A stretch of DNA of 64,000 nucleotides from Phycisphaerae bacterium (GTDB lineage Bacteria; Planctomycetota; Phycisphaerae; UBA1845; Fen-1342), in assembly GCA_050115495.1 (NCBI GenBank), contig JASFQK010000020.1, positions 54,928 through 118,927 on the forward strand, in the 5' to 3' direction. A model generated the notes under the pieces. That model did no database searches and was not told the origin of the DNA. It saw only the letters and a program-made list of their open reading frames with translations. The first letter of the stretch is position 1, and every line of letters begins with the position of its first letter. Position numbers and translations under genes: made by a program. Below are positions 1 to 8,688 of the stretch, one piece after another.

Positions 1-770
1 GGCATCGGTTCGACCAGGTGGCGTGAGGCGTCACCCAGCAGTTCGCGGCTGAGCGCATTGCCGGCCCCCTGCTCCATCTTCCGCAGGGTGCTGTGATAGC
101 GCAGGTAATAGACGTCGAGGGCGACGCTGACCCGCACGACGTGCGGCTCGTCGCGGAACGCCGATGCGTAGCGGGCGAGCAGCGGTCGCACCAAATCGCC
201 GACGCTCTCAGCGTTGACCTGGCCTGAGGCCACCAGTCGGCGGAATTCGTCGTCGTCGAGCAGCGCGCCGAGTCCGCAGGCGCGGGCGTTGTGCACCACC
301 TCGCGCCGCCGGTGTTCGTCGGTCATGCACGCCAGCGTCCACAGCACGGCTTCGCCGAACGCCTGGCACAGAGCCGCACGGTCGAGGGCGTCGCCGTAGC
401 GTTCGAGGAGGAACTCGGTGTGGCGAAAGTTGCTGTTGCCGATGACGTAGGGGTAGTCGGCGTGCGGATCGAGGCCGGGCCAGGCCGCCCGATCGAGTCG
501 CCCGGTAAACCGCCGGACCATGTACTCGAGGGCATGCAGGGCGAGCGGCTCGGTCGTCGTGCTGGTGCCGTCCATATCGACGGCGAAGGCGGCGATGCGC
601 TCCAGCGGCGGCGTGACCCGCGGGGCGAGCGGGTAGAGTTCGAACGGGGCGAAGACGTAGTCGAGATTGCGTACGCGGGCGAACTCGGTCGCGCCCAGCT
701 TCGCCGCCTCGGTGTGCAGGAGGCCGGCGGCCTCGTCGCCGCTGAGGTATTCCACGAGTCGTTGCTTCAT
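1..770 (-). CDS. HAD-superfamily hydrolase (5' part; runs off the window edge)
   Basis: Not in the ORF track. Manual translation from ATG at 770 gives MKQRLVEYLSGDEAAG...AFAVDMDGTSTTTEPLALHALEYMVRRF, which contains HAD motif I (DxDGT). Confidence 0.75.
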   Translation of the reverse strand, partial: MKQRLVEYLSGDEAAGLLHTEAAKLGATEFARVRNLDYVFAPFELYPLAPRVTPPLERIAAFAVDMDGTSTTTEPLALHALEYMVRRFTGRLDRAAWPGLDPHADYPYVIGNSNFRHTEFLLERYGDALDRAALCQAFGEAVLWTLACMTDEHRRREVVHNARACGLGALLDDDEFRRLVASGQVNAESVGDLVRPLLARYASAFRDEPHVVRVSVALDVYYLRYHSTLRKMEQGAGNALSRELLGDASRHLVEPM

Positions 771-870
771 GGCCGCCAGCGTAACGGTGGCGGCGGGTCG
801 GGGCCAGCGCGGGCCCCTGGGCGGCCGCTGGATGTCTCGTTATGCTGGGGGCGTCTCGCCTGGGGCACGC

Positions 871-2601
871 ATGTCGCGAGATCTGAACAACTCTGCCGTC
901 GGTCCTACGTGGACGCAGCGCATCGGTTTCTGGCTGGGTCTGGCGCTGTTTATCGGTCTGCTGGCCGTGTCGCCGCCGACGAGCATGCACCGGGCGGCCC
1001 GGCTCCATTTTCGCACGGAGCTGGCGGCCGACGTGAACCGCATGCTCGCCCGGGCCGGCACGCCGGACGCACCGCCCGAGTCGGCGGAGTATCAAGCGGT
1101 CGAGGACCGGGCGGTGCAGGCCCGGGCCCGCATCATGATGGGGGCGGCGGCGGTGACGGCCCTCGTGGCCTGCTGGTGGATCACGGTGGCCGTGCCGATT
1201 CCGGTGACGTCGCTGCTGCCGCTGCTGCTGCTGCCGTTGGTCGGGGTGCTGCCCGTTCGCCAGGCGGCCGTCCCGTATGCTGATGCGAACGTGTTCCTGT
1301 TCATGGGCGGCTTCGTCATCGCTCTCGGCGTCGAGCGCTGGGGGCTGCATCGGCGGATCGCCCTGCACATCGTCCGGATCGTCGGCACGGGGCGGTCGAC
1401 GATTGTGCTGGGGTTCATGATCGCCAGCGCGGTGTTGAGCATGTGGATCAGTAACACGGCTACGACCCTGATGATGCTGCCCATCGGCCTGGCGGTGATC
1501 GGAGCGCTGGCGGACCTCACACCGCAGGACGGACCACGACCGCGGGCGAACTTCGCCGCCGCGCTGATGCTGGGCATCGCCTATGCCGCCAGCGTCGGCG
1601 GCGTGGGCACGCCCATCGGCACACCGCCAAACATCTCCTTCCGCGGGCAACTGGCCCGGCTGTACCCGGCGGCGCCGGAGATTAGCTTCGGGCAGTGGCT
1701 GCTGTTGCTCCTGCCGCTGGTCTGCGTGTTTGTGCCGGTGATCTGGCTGGTGCTGGTGCGGATCACCTGCCCGGTGGGACGCGGCGGGCTGCGCGCCGGT
1801 CGTGAGGTGATCCGTCAGCAACTCGCCGCTCTCGGCCCCATGCGCCGGCCGGAGATCACGATGCTGATCGTCTTCGTGGCGACGGCGCTGCTGTGGATCA
1901 CGCGGAGCATTCCGCTCGGCGAGGATGCGAATTGCGGCTGGGCGGCGTTGCTGGAAGGCTGGCTGGCGCCGGCGGATGGCTCACCGTCGCGGTTCAACGC
2001 GGCGTTCATCAACGATGCAACGGTGGCGCTGCTGATGGCGGTGCTGATGTTCGCCATTCCCGCGGGCCGTGACGCCGAGGGCACGCCCCAACGGCTGATG
2101 AACTGGGAGACGGCAACGCGCCTGCCGTGGGGGATTCTGCTGCTGTTCGGCGGCGGTTTCGCGATCGCCGCCGGCCTGCGGGGCAGCGGTCTGAGCCTGT
2201 GGTGCGGGCAGGTTTTCGCCGAGATGGACCTGCATAATCCGCTGCTCCTCGTGCCGGGCGTATGCCTGCTGATGACGTTCCTGACCGAAATGACCAGCAA
2301 CACGGCGACGACCGAGGTCATGCTGCCGATCGTGGCCAACGTCGGCCAGGCCCTCGGATATCACCCGCTGCTGCTGATGCTGCCGGCGACGATCTCTGCC
2401 TCGTGCGCGTTCATGCTGCCGGTGGCCACGCCGCCGAACGCGATCGTCTTCGGCTCTGGGCAGGTCGAGATGGGGCGGATGGTGCGGACGGGGCTCATCC
2501 TCAACCTCATCGGCGTCGTGCTGGTGACGGCGGTGATCTACTTCCTGGTGCAGCCGGTGCTCGGCATCGATCTGCGCGAGCTGCCCGACTGGGCCAGGTG
2601 A
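871..2601 (+). CDS. SLC13/DASS family Na+:dicarboxylate/sulfate symporter
   Basis: Multi-TM protein with MWISNTATT, GTPIGTPPN, TEMTSNTAT and AFMLPVATPPNAIV motifs; ATG at 871. Confidence 0.92.
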   Translation: MSRDLNNSAVGPTWTQRIGFWLGLALFIGLLAVSPPTSMHRAARLHFRTELAADVNRMLARAGTPDAPPESAEYQAVEDRAVQARARIMMGAAAVTALVACWWITVAVPIPVTSLLPLLLLPLVGVLPVRQAAVPYADANVFLFMGGFVIALGVERWGLHRRIALHIVRIVGTGRSTIVLGFMIASAVLSMWISNTATTLMMLPIGLAVIGALADLTPQDGPRPRANFAAALMLGIAYAASVGGVGTPIGTPPNISFRGQLARLYPAAPEISFGQWLLLLLPLVCVFVPVIWLVLVRITCPVGRGGLRAGREVIRQQLAALGPMRRPEITMLIVFVATALLWITRSIPLGEDANCGWAALLEGWLAPADGSPSRFNAAFINDATVALLMAVLMFAIPAGRDAEGTPQRLMNWETATRLPWGILLLFGGGFAIAAGLRGSGLSLWCGQVFAEMDLHNPLLLVPGVCLLMTFLTEMTSNTATTEVMLPIVANVGQALGYHPLLLMLPATISASCAFMLPVATPPNAIVFGSGQVEMGRMVRTGLILNLIGVVLVTAVIYFLVQPVLGIDLRELPDWAR

Positions 2602-2696
2602 GCAGGCCCCGACCGGCCGGCGGGCTCAAGCGGAGTGGGCCGAATGGCCGATACGACGCGCAGGATCTTCCAGTGGTGCCGGTGGGACCCGCGCCC

Positions 2697-2930
2697 ATGC
2701 CCGACGAGACCGAACAGCAGACCGCGGGGGCGGAGACACCGATCGGCGACGGGCCGCATGCGCCGCGCCCGTATATCGGCGTCCTGTTCGAGTGCTGCGG
2801 AGTGTACGCGCGGATCTATCGCCGGCCGGAGCAGAAGTACTACTGGGGGCGTTGTCCGAAATGCCTGCGCACGGTGCATGTGCGCGTGGGGCGGGACGGG
2901 GTCAGCACACGTCAGTTTCGGGCTTCGTGA
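2697..2930 (+). CDS. Small Cys-containing hypothetical protein (putative Zn ribbon)
   Basis: 77 aa; YIGVLFECCGVYARIY...GRCPKCLRTV; fills the gap between the flanking genes. Confidence 0.65.
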   Translation: MPDETEQQTAGAETPIGDGPHAPRPYIGVLFECCGVYARIYRRPEQKYYWGRCPKCLRTVHVRVGRDGVSTRQFRAS

Positions 2931-2936
2931 GGCAGA

Positions 2937-4658
2937 TCAGCCTTCGGCGTCGGGGGTTTCCTCGGCAGGCGGCGTTTCGTCGGTGGATTCCGCCGGGGGC
3001 GTGTAACCCGTGATCTCGCGCAGGTGATCCCGCAGCAGAACGGGCACGCGCAGGTACGGGCTCTGCTCGCGTCCGTCGGTCGCTTCGTTGATCGTCTGCA
3101 CGGCGTCGGCCAGGAGGATATCCGCCTCGGCAGGGTTGACCCGCGCCTGAAGCTGGCAGGTCACCGCCAGGCCGGTCTGGGCGATCCACTTGATGTTGAC
3201 CGGGGCCTTGGTGATGAGCTTCTCGTAGATGGTGCGGGCGTCGCCCAGAACCTTGATGGCGTTCTCACGAGCTACGGCGACCTGTTCCTCGTACGCCGCC
3301 GGGTCGAAGCTCGTCCCCGGCCGCATCTCGGTGATCTGCCGCATGTCGGCGATGAGGGCTTCGTTGGCCTCGATCCGCTGGGCGTGGATGCGGCCGGTCA
3401 ACAGGAGTGCTGCGGCCTGGCCACTGTTGCCGACCAGCGGGATCGTCGTGTCGCCCGTCATCATCTTCAGCCGCTCGTTGAGGCGTTCGGTGTCGCGCTC
3501 CGACTGCACCTCGCGGGCCGAACTCTGCCACGCGTCGGCGGCCTGCTGCGCTGCTCTGAACGCGTCGACCGATCGGCGGGCGGCCTGCAACGCGGCGTCC
3601 TCGGTCTTGGCTGCCGCCACGGCCAGATCGGCCAGCGGCTTGAGCAGCTCCTCTTGCGAGGCCTTCAGCTTGTCCTGCAACTCGGCGTATTCGCTCTCGC
3701 CCTGCTTGGCGGACGTGCCGGCCTGCTCGACGAAGCGGATGTGGTCTTCCAGAGCGGTGGCGGCCGCCGTCAGCCGGCGGGCTCGCTCCTCAGCGGTGGC
3801 CAAGCGACCCTTCAGGGCCTCGAGGCTGACGACCGGCTCGCCGGTGACCTCACCTGCGCTGGGGTCGTCCTCGGTCCACTGGGCGTTCCGCAGCCCGCCG
3901 AGGCTCAGAAGCTGCTCTTCGGCCTCGAGGTCGCGGAGTTGCGCGGAGAGGTCCACGAACCGGTCGCGAAACGCCGTAAACGACGCGTCGTCGCCGGGCG
4001 TGAAACTCTGCTGTTCGAGCGTGCGCAGCTCTTCCTGCAACGACTCCCGCGTGGCGACCACGCCGGCCAGATCCTGTTCGCGCTGGGCGACTTCGGCGCT
4101 CAGCACGGAGACGTTCTCCTGGGCCTCGGTGCCCAGACCACGCATTTCCTCCAGGTCTGTCCGCAACTGGCTGAGGATCTCGCGCACGTCCAGCCCGGCC
4201 AGATAGTCCTGGTTGGCCCGGTAGGTCGCCCACTGCGTCGTGAGCCGCAACAGGCGGGATTGCAACAGGCGCTGCTCCTGACGAAGCGCCTGGGACTCGG
4301 CGAAAAGACCGGAGGCCCGCACGTAGTCAGCCATGCCGGCGACCTGCGGCACGCCCAGCACCGTGGCCCCTTCTCCGCTACGGGCCTGCTGGGCTTCCTG
4401 CGCGGCCCGCTCCAGCAGAGCGTCGTTCTCATGCAACAGGGCGGTGAACTTGGGGTTCTCGGCGCCGGCGGAGCCCGTGAGCGGGCCCAGATGCGGCAAC
4501 TGACTGTCGTAGTGACTCAGCAACCGCTGGGCGAGCGCAGCCTGTCGCGAGGCGTCCTCGCCCGCCTTGGCGCTCGACGACCGCAGATGCGGAGCAACCA
4601 GTGCCGCCGCCAGAATGACAAGGCCGATCAAACTGCCGACGAGGATGGGCACTCTCAA
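2937..4658 (-). CDS. Membrane-anchored coiled-coil/helical hypothetical protein
   Basis: N-terminal hydrophobic anchor; long A/E/L/Q-rich heptad stretches; GC3-biased frame. Confidence 0.8.
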   Translation of the reverse strand: MRVPILVGSLIGLVILAAALVAPHLRSSSAKAGEDASRQAALAQRLLSHYDSQLPHLGPLTGSAGAENPKFTALLHENDALLERAAQEAQQARSGEGATVLGVPQVAGMADYVRASGLFAESQALRQEQRLLQSRLLRLTTQWATYRANQDYLAGLDVREILSQLRTDLEEMRGLGTEAQENVSVLSAEVAQREQDLAGVVATRESLQEELRTLEQQSFTPGDDASFTAFRDRFVDLSAQLRDLEAEEQLLSLGGLRNAQWTEDDPSAGEVTGEPVVSLEALKGRLATAEERARRLTAAATALEDHIRFVEQAGTSAKQGESEYAELQDKLKASQEELLKPLADLAVAAAKTEDAALQAARRSVDAFRAAQQAADAWQSSAREVQSERDTERLNERLKMMTGDTTIPLVGNSGQAAALLLTGRIHAQRIEANEALIADMRQITEMRPGTSFDPAAYEEQVAVARENAIKVLGDARTIYEKLITKAPVNIKWIAQTGLAVTCQLQARVNPAEADILLADAVQTINEATDGREQSPYLRVPVLLRDHLREITGYTPPAESTDETPPAEETPDAEG

Positions 4659-4812
4659 GGTGATACTCCCTGTCTTCGCGCCTCTTCGCCCAAGCCTGCG
4701 GTCCCCAGGATACCCGTCCCCCGCGGGTTATCGTGCAAGCGAAACAACCTATTCCGCGCTGTGTAACCGCCCCCGCGTCCGCTGTCAATCGCCCGTCATC
4801 GCCGCCCGCGGC

Positions 4813-5952
4813 CTACGGCTGCGACGGCTCGTCCACGGCCGGCTCAGCCAGGGCGCGGGCCGCCAGCGCCTCCCATTCTCCGGTCTCGGTCGACCCCGCC
4901 AGCCGGCCCCGGCGATCCAGGACGAAGACGCGCGGCACCCGGGTCACGCCCCACTGCCGGGCGAACCCGTTCGCCGGCCCCAGCCCGTCCTTATACTGCG
5001 GCCACGACAGGCCGAGATCGCGGCAGGCCGCGTCCATGTCCTCCCGGCGGATGTCCAGGTTGACGCCGACCACGGCCAGTTCCGGGTGCGATTGGCGGTA
5101 GGCCTCGACCTGCGCGGCCCGCTCACGGGCTTCGGCGACCCAGTTGCTCCAAACGACGATCAGGACGGGCCGGCCGACCCACTCGCGGGTATCGATCTGC
5201 GAGCCGTCGGACTGTTCGAACGTCAGCCAGAACGGGTGCCCCACCGTTCGCTCACGCCGCCATTGCGCTTCGAGCGCAGCCGTCAGCGCATGGTCCGGGA
5301 AATTCCTCACCAGCAGGGCTGCCAGCGTCGCCATCTGCTCGCGGCCGCCGGCGCGGGTGGCGTCGTCGAACAGCGTGGCCGCCATGGCGGGAACGCGAGG
5401 GCTGCGCGGGTAGCGGTCGATGTAGGCGCGGTACGCCGCCAGGAGATCGCTGTCGGGGCCGGCGGCGGGATCGGGCACGGGCTGCGTGGCGGCGGCGGCA
5501 CGCTCCAGTCGCTGACAGAGGATGTCCCAGTACGCCGCCTCCCATTCCACCGGGTCTTCCGGGCGGGAGACGCTCAGGTGCTCGTTGAGCCGCCGCCGGA
5601 GCGCGGCGTAGCTCCCGCCCCGGAGTGAGCCGAGTTCGAACAGCGCGGTTAATTCGAGGCGCACGGCTTCGACGCGGTGCCGCCCGCCGGGGTAGAGCGT
5701 GAGATACGTCCGCAGCTTCTCCGCCAGCGCTTCGTGTTTTCGCTTGTTCTGCTGGAACCACGCGGCGTAGGGCTGGGTAGTGGTGGGCTCGCCGACGAGC
5801 GTGAGCGCCTCCTGCCAGAGCGCTTCCTCGGGCGACAGCGGCGCAGAGGAGGTGGTGGGCGGGTCGCCGTCGGGCGGTGCGGCGACGGGGCCCGCCGTCG
5901 GCACCAGGCCACAGCACACCAGGACCGCTAATGTCGTTATCCGGATCAGCAC
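4813..5952 (-). CDS. Exported TlpA/redoxin-fold protein lacking CxxC
   Basis: Signal-like N-terminus, then a helical region, then a TlpA fold (GRPVLIVVWSNW..., VVGVNLD, WGVTRVPRVFVLDRRG). Start (GTG 5952) is uncertain. Confidence 0.75.
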   Translation of the reverse strand: MLIRITTLAVLVCCGLVPTAGPVAAPPDGDPPTTSSAPLSPEEALWQEALTLVGEPTTTQPYAAWFQQNKRKHEALAEKLRTYLTLYPGGRHRVEAVRLELTALFELGSLRGGSYAALRRRLNEHLSVSRPEDPVEWEAAYWDILCQRLERAAAATQPVPDPAAGPDSDLLAAYRAYIDRYPRSPRVPAMAATLFDDATRAGGREQMATLAALLVRNFPDHALTAALEAQWRRERTVGHPFWLTFEQSDGSQIDTREWVGRPVLIVVWSNWVAEARERAAQVEAYRQSHPELAVVGVNLDIRREDMDAACRDLGLSWPQYKDGLGPANGFARQWGVTRVPRVFVLDRRGRLAGSTETGEWEALAARALAEPAVDEPSQP

Positions 5953-6032
5953 GAGGGCGTATCCTAAGGCATCCGGCGACAGAGTGTAGCGGTTGGGGAC
6001 GCGCGTGGTGCAGGTCAGGGTGGTGCATAGAC

Positions 6033-6058
6033 GGGATACGTTTCCGGAAACGTATCCC
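6033..6058. promoter_or_regulatory. Perfect 26-bp palindrome (candidate operator)
   Basis: GGGATACGTTTCC|GGAAACGTATCCC with no spacer, in a divergent intergenic region, ending 9 bp upstream of a TTGACA box. Confidence 0.75.
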
Positions 6059-6067
6059 AACTTGCGC

Positions 6068-6096
6068 TTGACACAGGTTTCGTCCCGTGCTAAGCT
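6068..6096 (+). promoter_or_regulatory. sigma70-type promoter
   Basis: TTGACA (6068-6073), 17-bp spacer, TAAGCT (6091-6096) preceded by extended -10 TG; GAGGAGGA SD precedes ATG 6126. Confidence 0.75.
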
Positions 6097-6125
6097 CGCA
6101 CCCAGGAGCGATGAGGAGGAGTTGA

Positions 6126-7367
6126 ATGCCCACGAGTGGAGGACAGACCTCCTTCCAGGCGGAGACACGCAACGTAATCAGCGGCGTACGCCGCGCTTAC
6201 GCCGACGTGGTCAGCCATCTACCGGTGTCCCCCGCCCGGACCTGCGACCTGCACAAGGTCCTCCACATCGACCGAAAACTCGGCTGGAAAATCGCCAAAG
6301 TGCTCGGGGAAGAGGACCTGCTACTGGCGGCTCAGCACATGCCGGGGGTCGCCGCCGTCCAGGGCTTCCTCGACGCCGCCGCCGCCAGGGGCGTTCCGAC
6401 CGACGTCATCGCAACGGCGAAGCAGGCCGGAGAGGAATTCCAGCGTCTCGTCGCGACCCACGCCGACCAGCGGGCCTCCTTCGACCGCATGCTGCTCGGT
6501 TGCTCGCCGAGCAAGAGCGAGCAATTGGGTCTGACGCATCGCAAGGCGGCGGTGGCGGCCAACAGCTTCATCTGGGGCATCCGGGCGCGGACGCAGCTTG
6601 CCGGGTATTTCCTGGCGGCGTCGGCGGACGGATCGAAGGTTGATATCGCCGGCGTGCGCGGCTTCGACGCGTTTCGCCTGCTGCGGCCGAACACGCCATG
6701 GGTCATTGCCCGCGTCGGGCACTTCCATGACAACCGGGAGGAAAGCGACCCCTACCGCCCCGAGCCGCTGGGCGACGTCGACCCGGAGCGGCCGGACCTG
6801 GCGGACGTGCCGCTGCTGACGGAGTTTTGCTCGAAGCCGTCGCCGAAGATCCGGCAGGTCTGCGCCCCGGACGGCTGCTATGAATACGAGTTGGTGGATG
6901 TGCCGGTCGGTAACAAGGGGGCCCAGACATGCGTCATGGGCGAGGTATCCCGCGCCGTGGGCACGCGCTATCGCGACGAGGACAACGAGTACGCGAAGTT
7001 CATCGCTCGGCTGCGCACGCCCGTGGACACGTTCCTGATGGATCTGTTCATACCCGCGAACCTGTTCGGCCCGCTGCAACCCGAACTGCTGATGTACAGC
7101 GACCTGAACAGCGCCAGCAGCGCCGGCGATGCCGAGCGTCAGCCGCGCGAGCTGATGGAGACGGCGGAGACCGTGCGGCACCTGGGCCGCGGCGTGGCGA
7201 CGGCCTACACGCCGACGGTGCCCGGCTACGCCGACCTGGTCGGGTTCGTGTTCCGGCGGCTGAGGTGGGAGCCGACCGTGTATGACCATTATCGCGTACG
7301 CCTGGAGTTTCCGGCGATTCCGACGACGGTGAAGGTGCGCTTCCCGTTGCCGGCACGCCCGAGTTGA
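6126..7367 (+). CDS. Uncharacterised 413-aa protein with N-terminal HTH-like segment (putative regulator)
   Basis: Strong SD and promoter; segment RTCDLHKVLHIDRKLGWKIAKVL resembles an HTH; no signal peptide or TM; beta-rich C-terminal part. Confidence 0.8.
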   Translation: MPTSGGQTSFQAETRNVISGVRRAYADVVSHLPVSPARTCDLHKVLHIDRKLGWKIAKVLGEEDLLLAAQHMPGVAAVQGFLDAAAARGVPTDVIATAKQAGEEFQRLVATHADQRASFDRMLLGCSPSKSEQLGLTHRKAAVAANSFIWGIRARTQLAGYFLAASADGSKVDIAGVRGFDAFRLLRPNTPWVIARVGHFHDNREESDPYRPEPLGDVDPERPDLADVPLLTEFCSKPSPKIRQVCAPDGCYEYELVDVPVGNKGAQTCVMGEVSRAVGTRYRDEDNEYAKFIARLRTPVDTFLMDLFIPANLFGPLQPELLMYSDLNSASSAGDAERQPRELMETAETVRHLGRGVATAYTPTVPGYADLVGFVFRRLRWEPTVYDHYRVRLEFPAIPTTVKVRFPLPARPS

Positions 7368-7458
7368 GGAGGTCAGCCCGTCGCGTGACGGGCAGGAATG
7401 AGCCGCATGAGTGGTACGTAGCAGGCTCCGCGCAGGAGTCGGGAGACGGAGGAAGAGA

Positions 7459-8184
7459 ATGAGCACCCAACGTGTATGCGGAACGGTAGTAGTGCTGTTG
7501 GTGACGGGCGCGCTGGCTGGGCAGGCCATGGCGAACGCGGTCTTCAACTACACGTCCCACGAGCGCTATCCCTACTACGAAGGCAATGTCAACAACGGAG
7601 GTTACGACGAGAACTGGGACGAATACAACGGCAGCACCGGACCCTGGACCGTCGACATCGCCGGCGGGCCGGCGTTCGAGGATTACTTCATTGACACGGC
7701 CACCGGAATGCAGAGCAACATCGGCACCGACGAGATCACTTACACGGGCTACGCCTCAATGGACTGGGACGTCGGCCCGTACGAGTGGAGCTGGCCGGAT
7801 ACCTTCGCTGGCGTCGCCTCGCGCATGTACATCAAGTTCACCGTGGATGAACCGCTGACCCTCGAACTCACCTACGACGTCGGCACGGAAGTGCCCACGG
7901 GTGATGATTGTCAGGTGTACTCCAACGTGCGCCTGCACGACCTGACCGAGGGTGTGACCCTGTTCAACTACGGGGTCGGCTCCGGCGCCGGCACGACGAC
8001 CGTTAACGTTGAGCCCGGCCGGACGTACTGGTACATCTGCAAGAACGATCTGGCGCTGGGCACGGACGACGATCCGGCGTCGGGCTACTGGCGAGACGAC
8101 GTCACTGCCACGTTGACCATCGTGCCCGAGCCGGGTGCGCTGGGCCTGCTGCTGGTGGCGGCGGCGGCGCTGCGTCGCCGGTAG
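7459..8184 (+). CDS. PEP-CTERM sorting domain protein
   Basis: Sec signal peptide (…ALAGQAMA) and C-terminal VPEPGALGLLLVAAAALRRR; SD GGAGG upstream. Confidence 0.9.
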   Translation: MSTQRVCGTVVVLLVTGALAGQAMANAVFNYTSHERYPYYEGNVNNGGYDENWDEYNGSTGPWTVDIAGGPAFEDYFIDTATGMQSNIGTDEITYTGYASMDWDVGPYEWSWPDTFAGVASRMYIKFTVDEPLTLELTYDVGTEVPTGDDCQVYSNVRLHDLTEGVTLFNYGVGSGAGTTTVNVEPGRTYWYICKNDLALGTDDDPASGYWRDDVTATLTIVPEPGALGLLLVAAAALRRR

Positions 8185-8220
8185 TTCCGGACTGATTGGA
8201 TAGGAATTGGCGCAATACTG

Positions 8221-8257
8221 AGCGCGGGAGGCGCTCGCCCGGACCGCCTCCCGCGCT
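8221..8257 (+). terminator. GC-rich hairpin after the PEP-CTERM gene
   Basis: AGCGCGGGAGGCG (8221-8233) pairs with CGCCTCCCGCGCT (8245-8257): 13-bp stem, 11-nt loop, weak U-tract. Confidence 0.55.
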
Positions 8258-8284
8258 TGACCTTCCGGGATCTTATGGTATAAT
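8257..8284 (+). promoter_or_regulatory. sigma70 promoter of the ars cluster, with possible ArsR operator
   Basis: TTGACC (8257-8262), 16 bp, TATAAT (8279-8284) preceded by TGG; TATGG...CCATA inverted repeat overlaps the -10. Confidence 0.65.
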
Positions 8285-8296
8285 GGCCATATAGCC

Positions 8297-8638
8297 ATGA
8301 AACTAAAGGTCGTCAGACCGCGACATTCACGAGAACGTTACGAAGCCCGGGCGCAGATTGCCAAGGCGCTGGCCCATCCGAGCCGGCTGCTGATGCTCGA
8401 CGCCCTGGCCGACGGTGAGTTGTGCGTCTGCGAGTTGACGGCCCTGGTCGGTGCGGACCAGTCGACGGTGTCGAAGCACTTGGCGGTGCTGCGGCAGGCT
8501 GGGCTGGTCGCCGATCGAAAGGAAGGCACGCAGACGTTCTGCCGCGTGAAGGTCACCTGCCTGCAAGGATTCTGGGAGTGTGTCGAGTCGGTGCTGAAGG
8601 AAAACCTGAGAGTGCAGGCGGCGGCGATGCAGGAGTAG
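8297..8638 (+). CDS. arsR: ArsR/SmtB family metalloregulator
   Basis: AKALAHPSRL, ELCVCEL (alpha3 As-binding type motif), QSTVSKHLAVL. Confidence 0.92.
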   Translation: MKLKVVRPRHSRERYEARAQIAKALAHPSRLLMLDALADGELCVCELTALVGADQSTVSKHLAVLRQAGLVADRKEGTQTFCRVKVTCLQGFWECVESVLKENLRVQAAAMQE

Positions 8639-8688
8639 CGCCCGCCGGCCGCACTCGTTTTTTTGCCTTCATTCATGGCGTCGTGACC

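Noticed and set aside
208..1821. Long antisense or alternative-frame ORFs (208-1821, 3024-4766, 22289-23650, 42351-43955, 54649-56865 and others)
   Set aside because: They overlap well-supported genes, are Arg/Gly/His-rich with no motifs, and are typical high-GC shadow ORFs.
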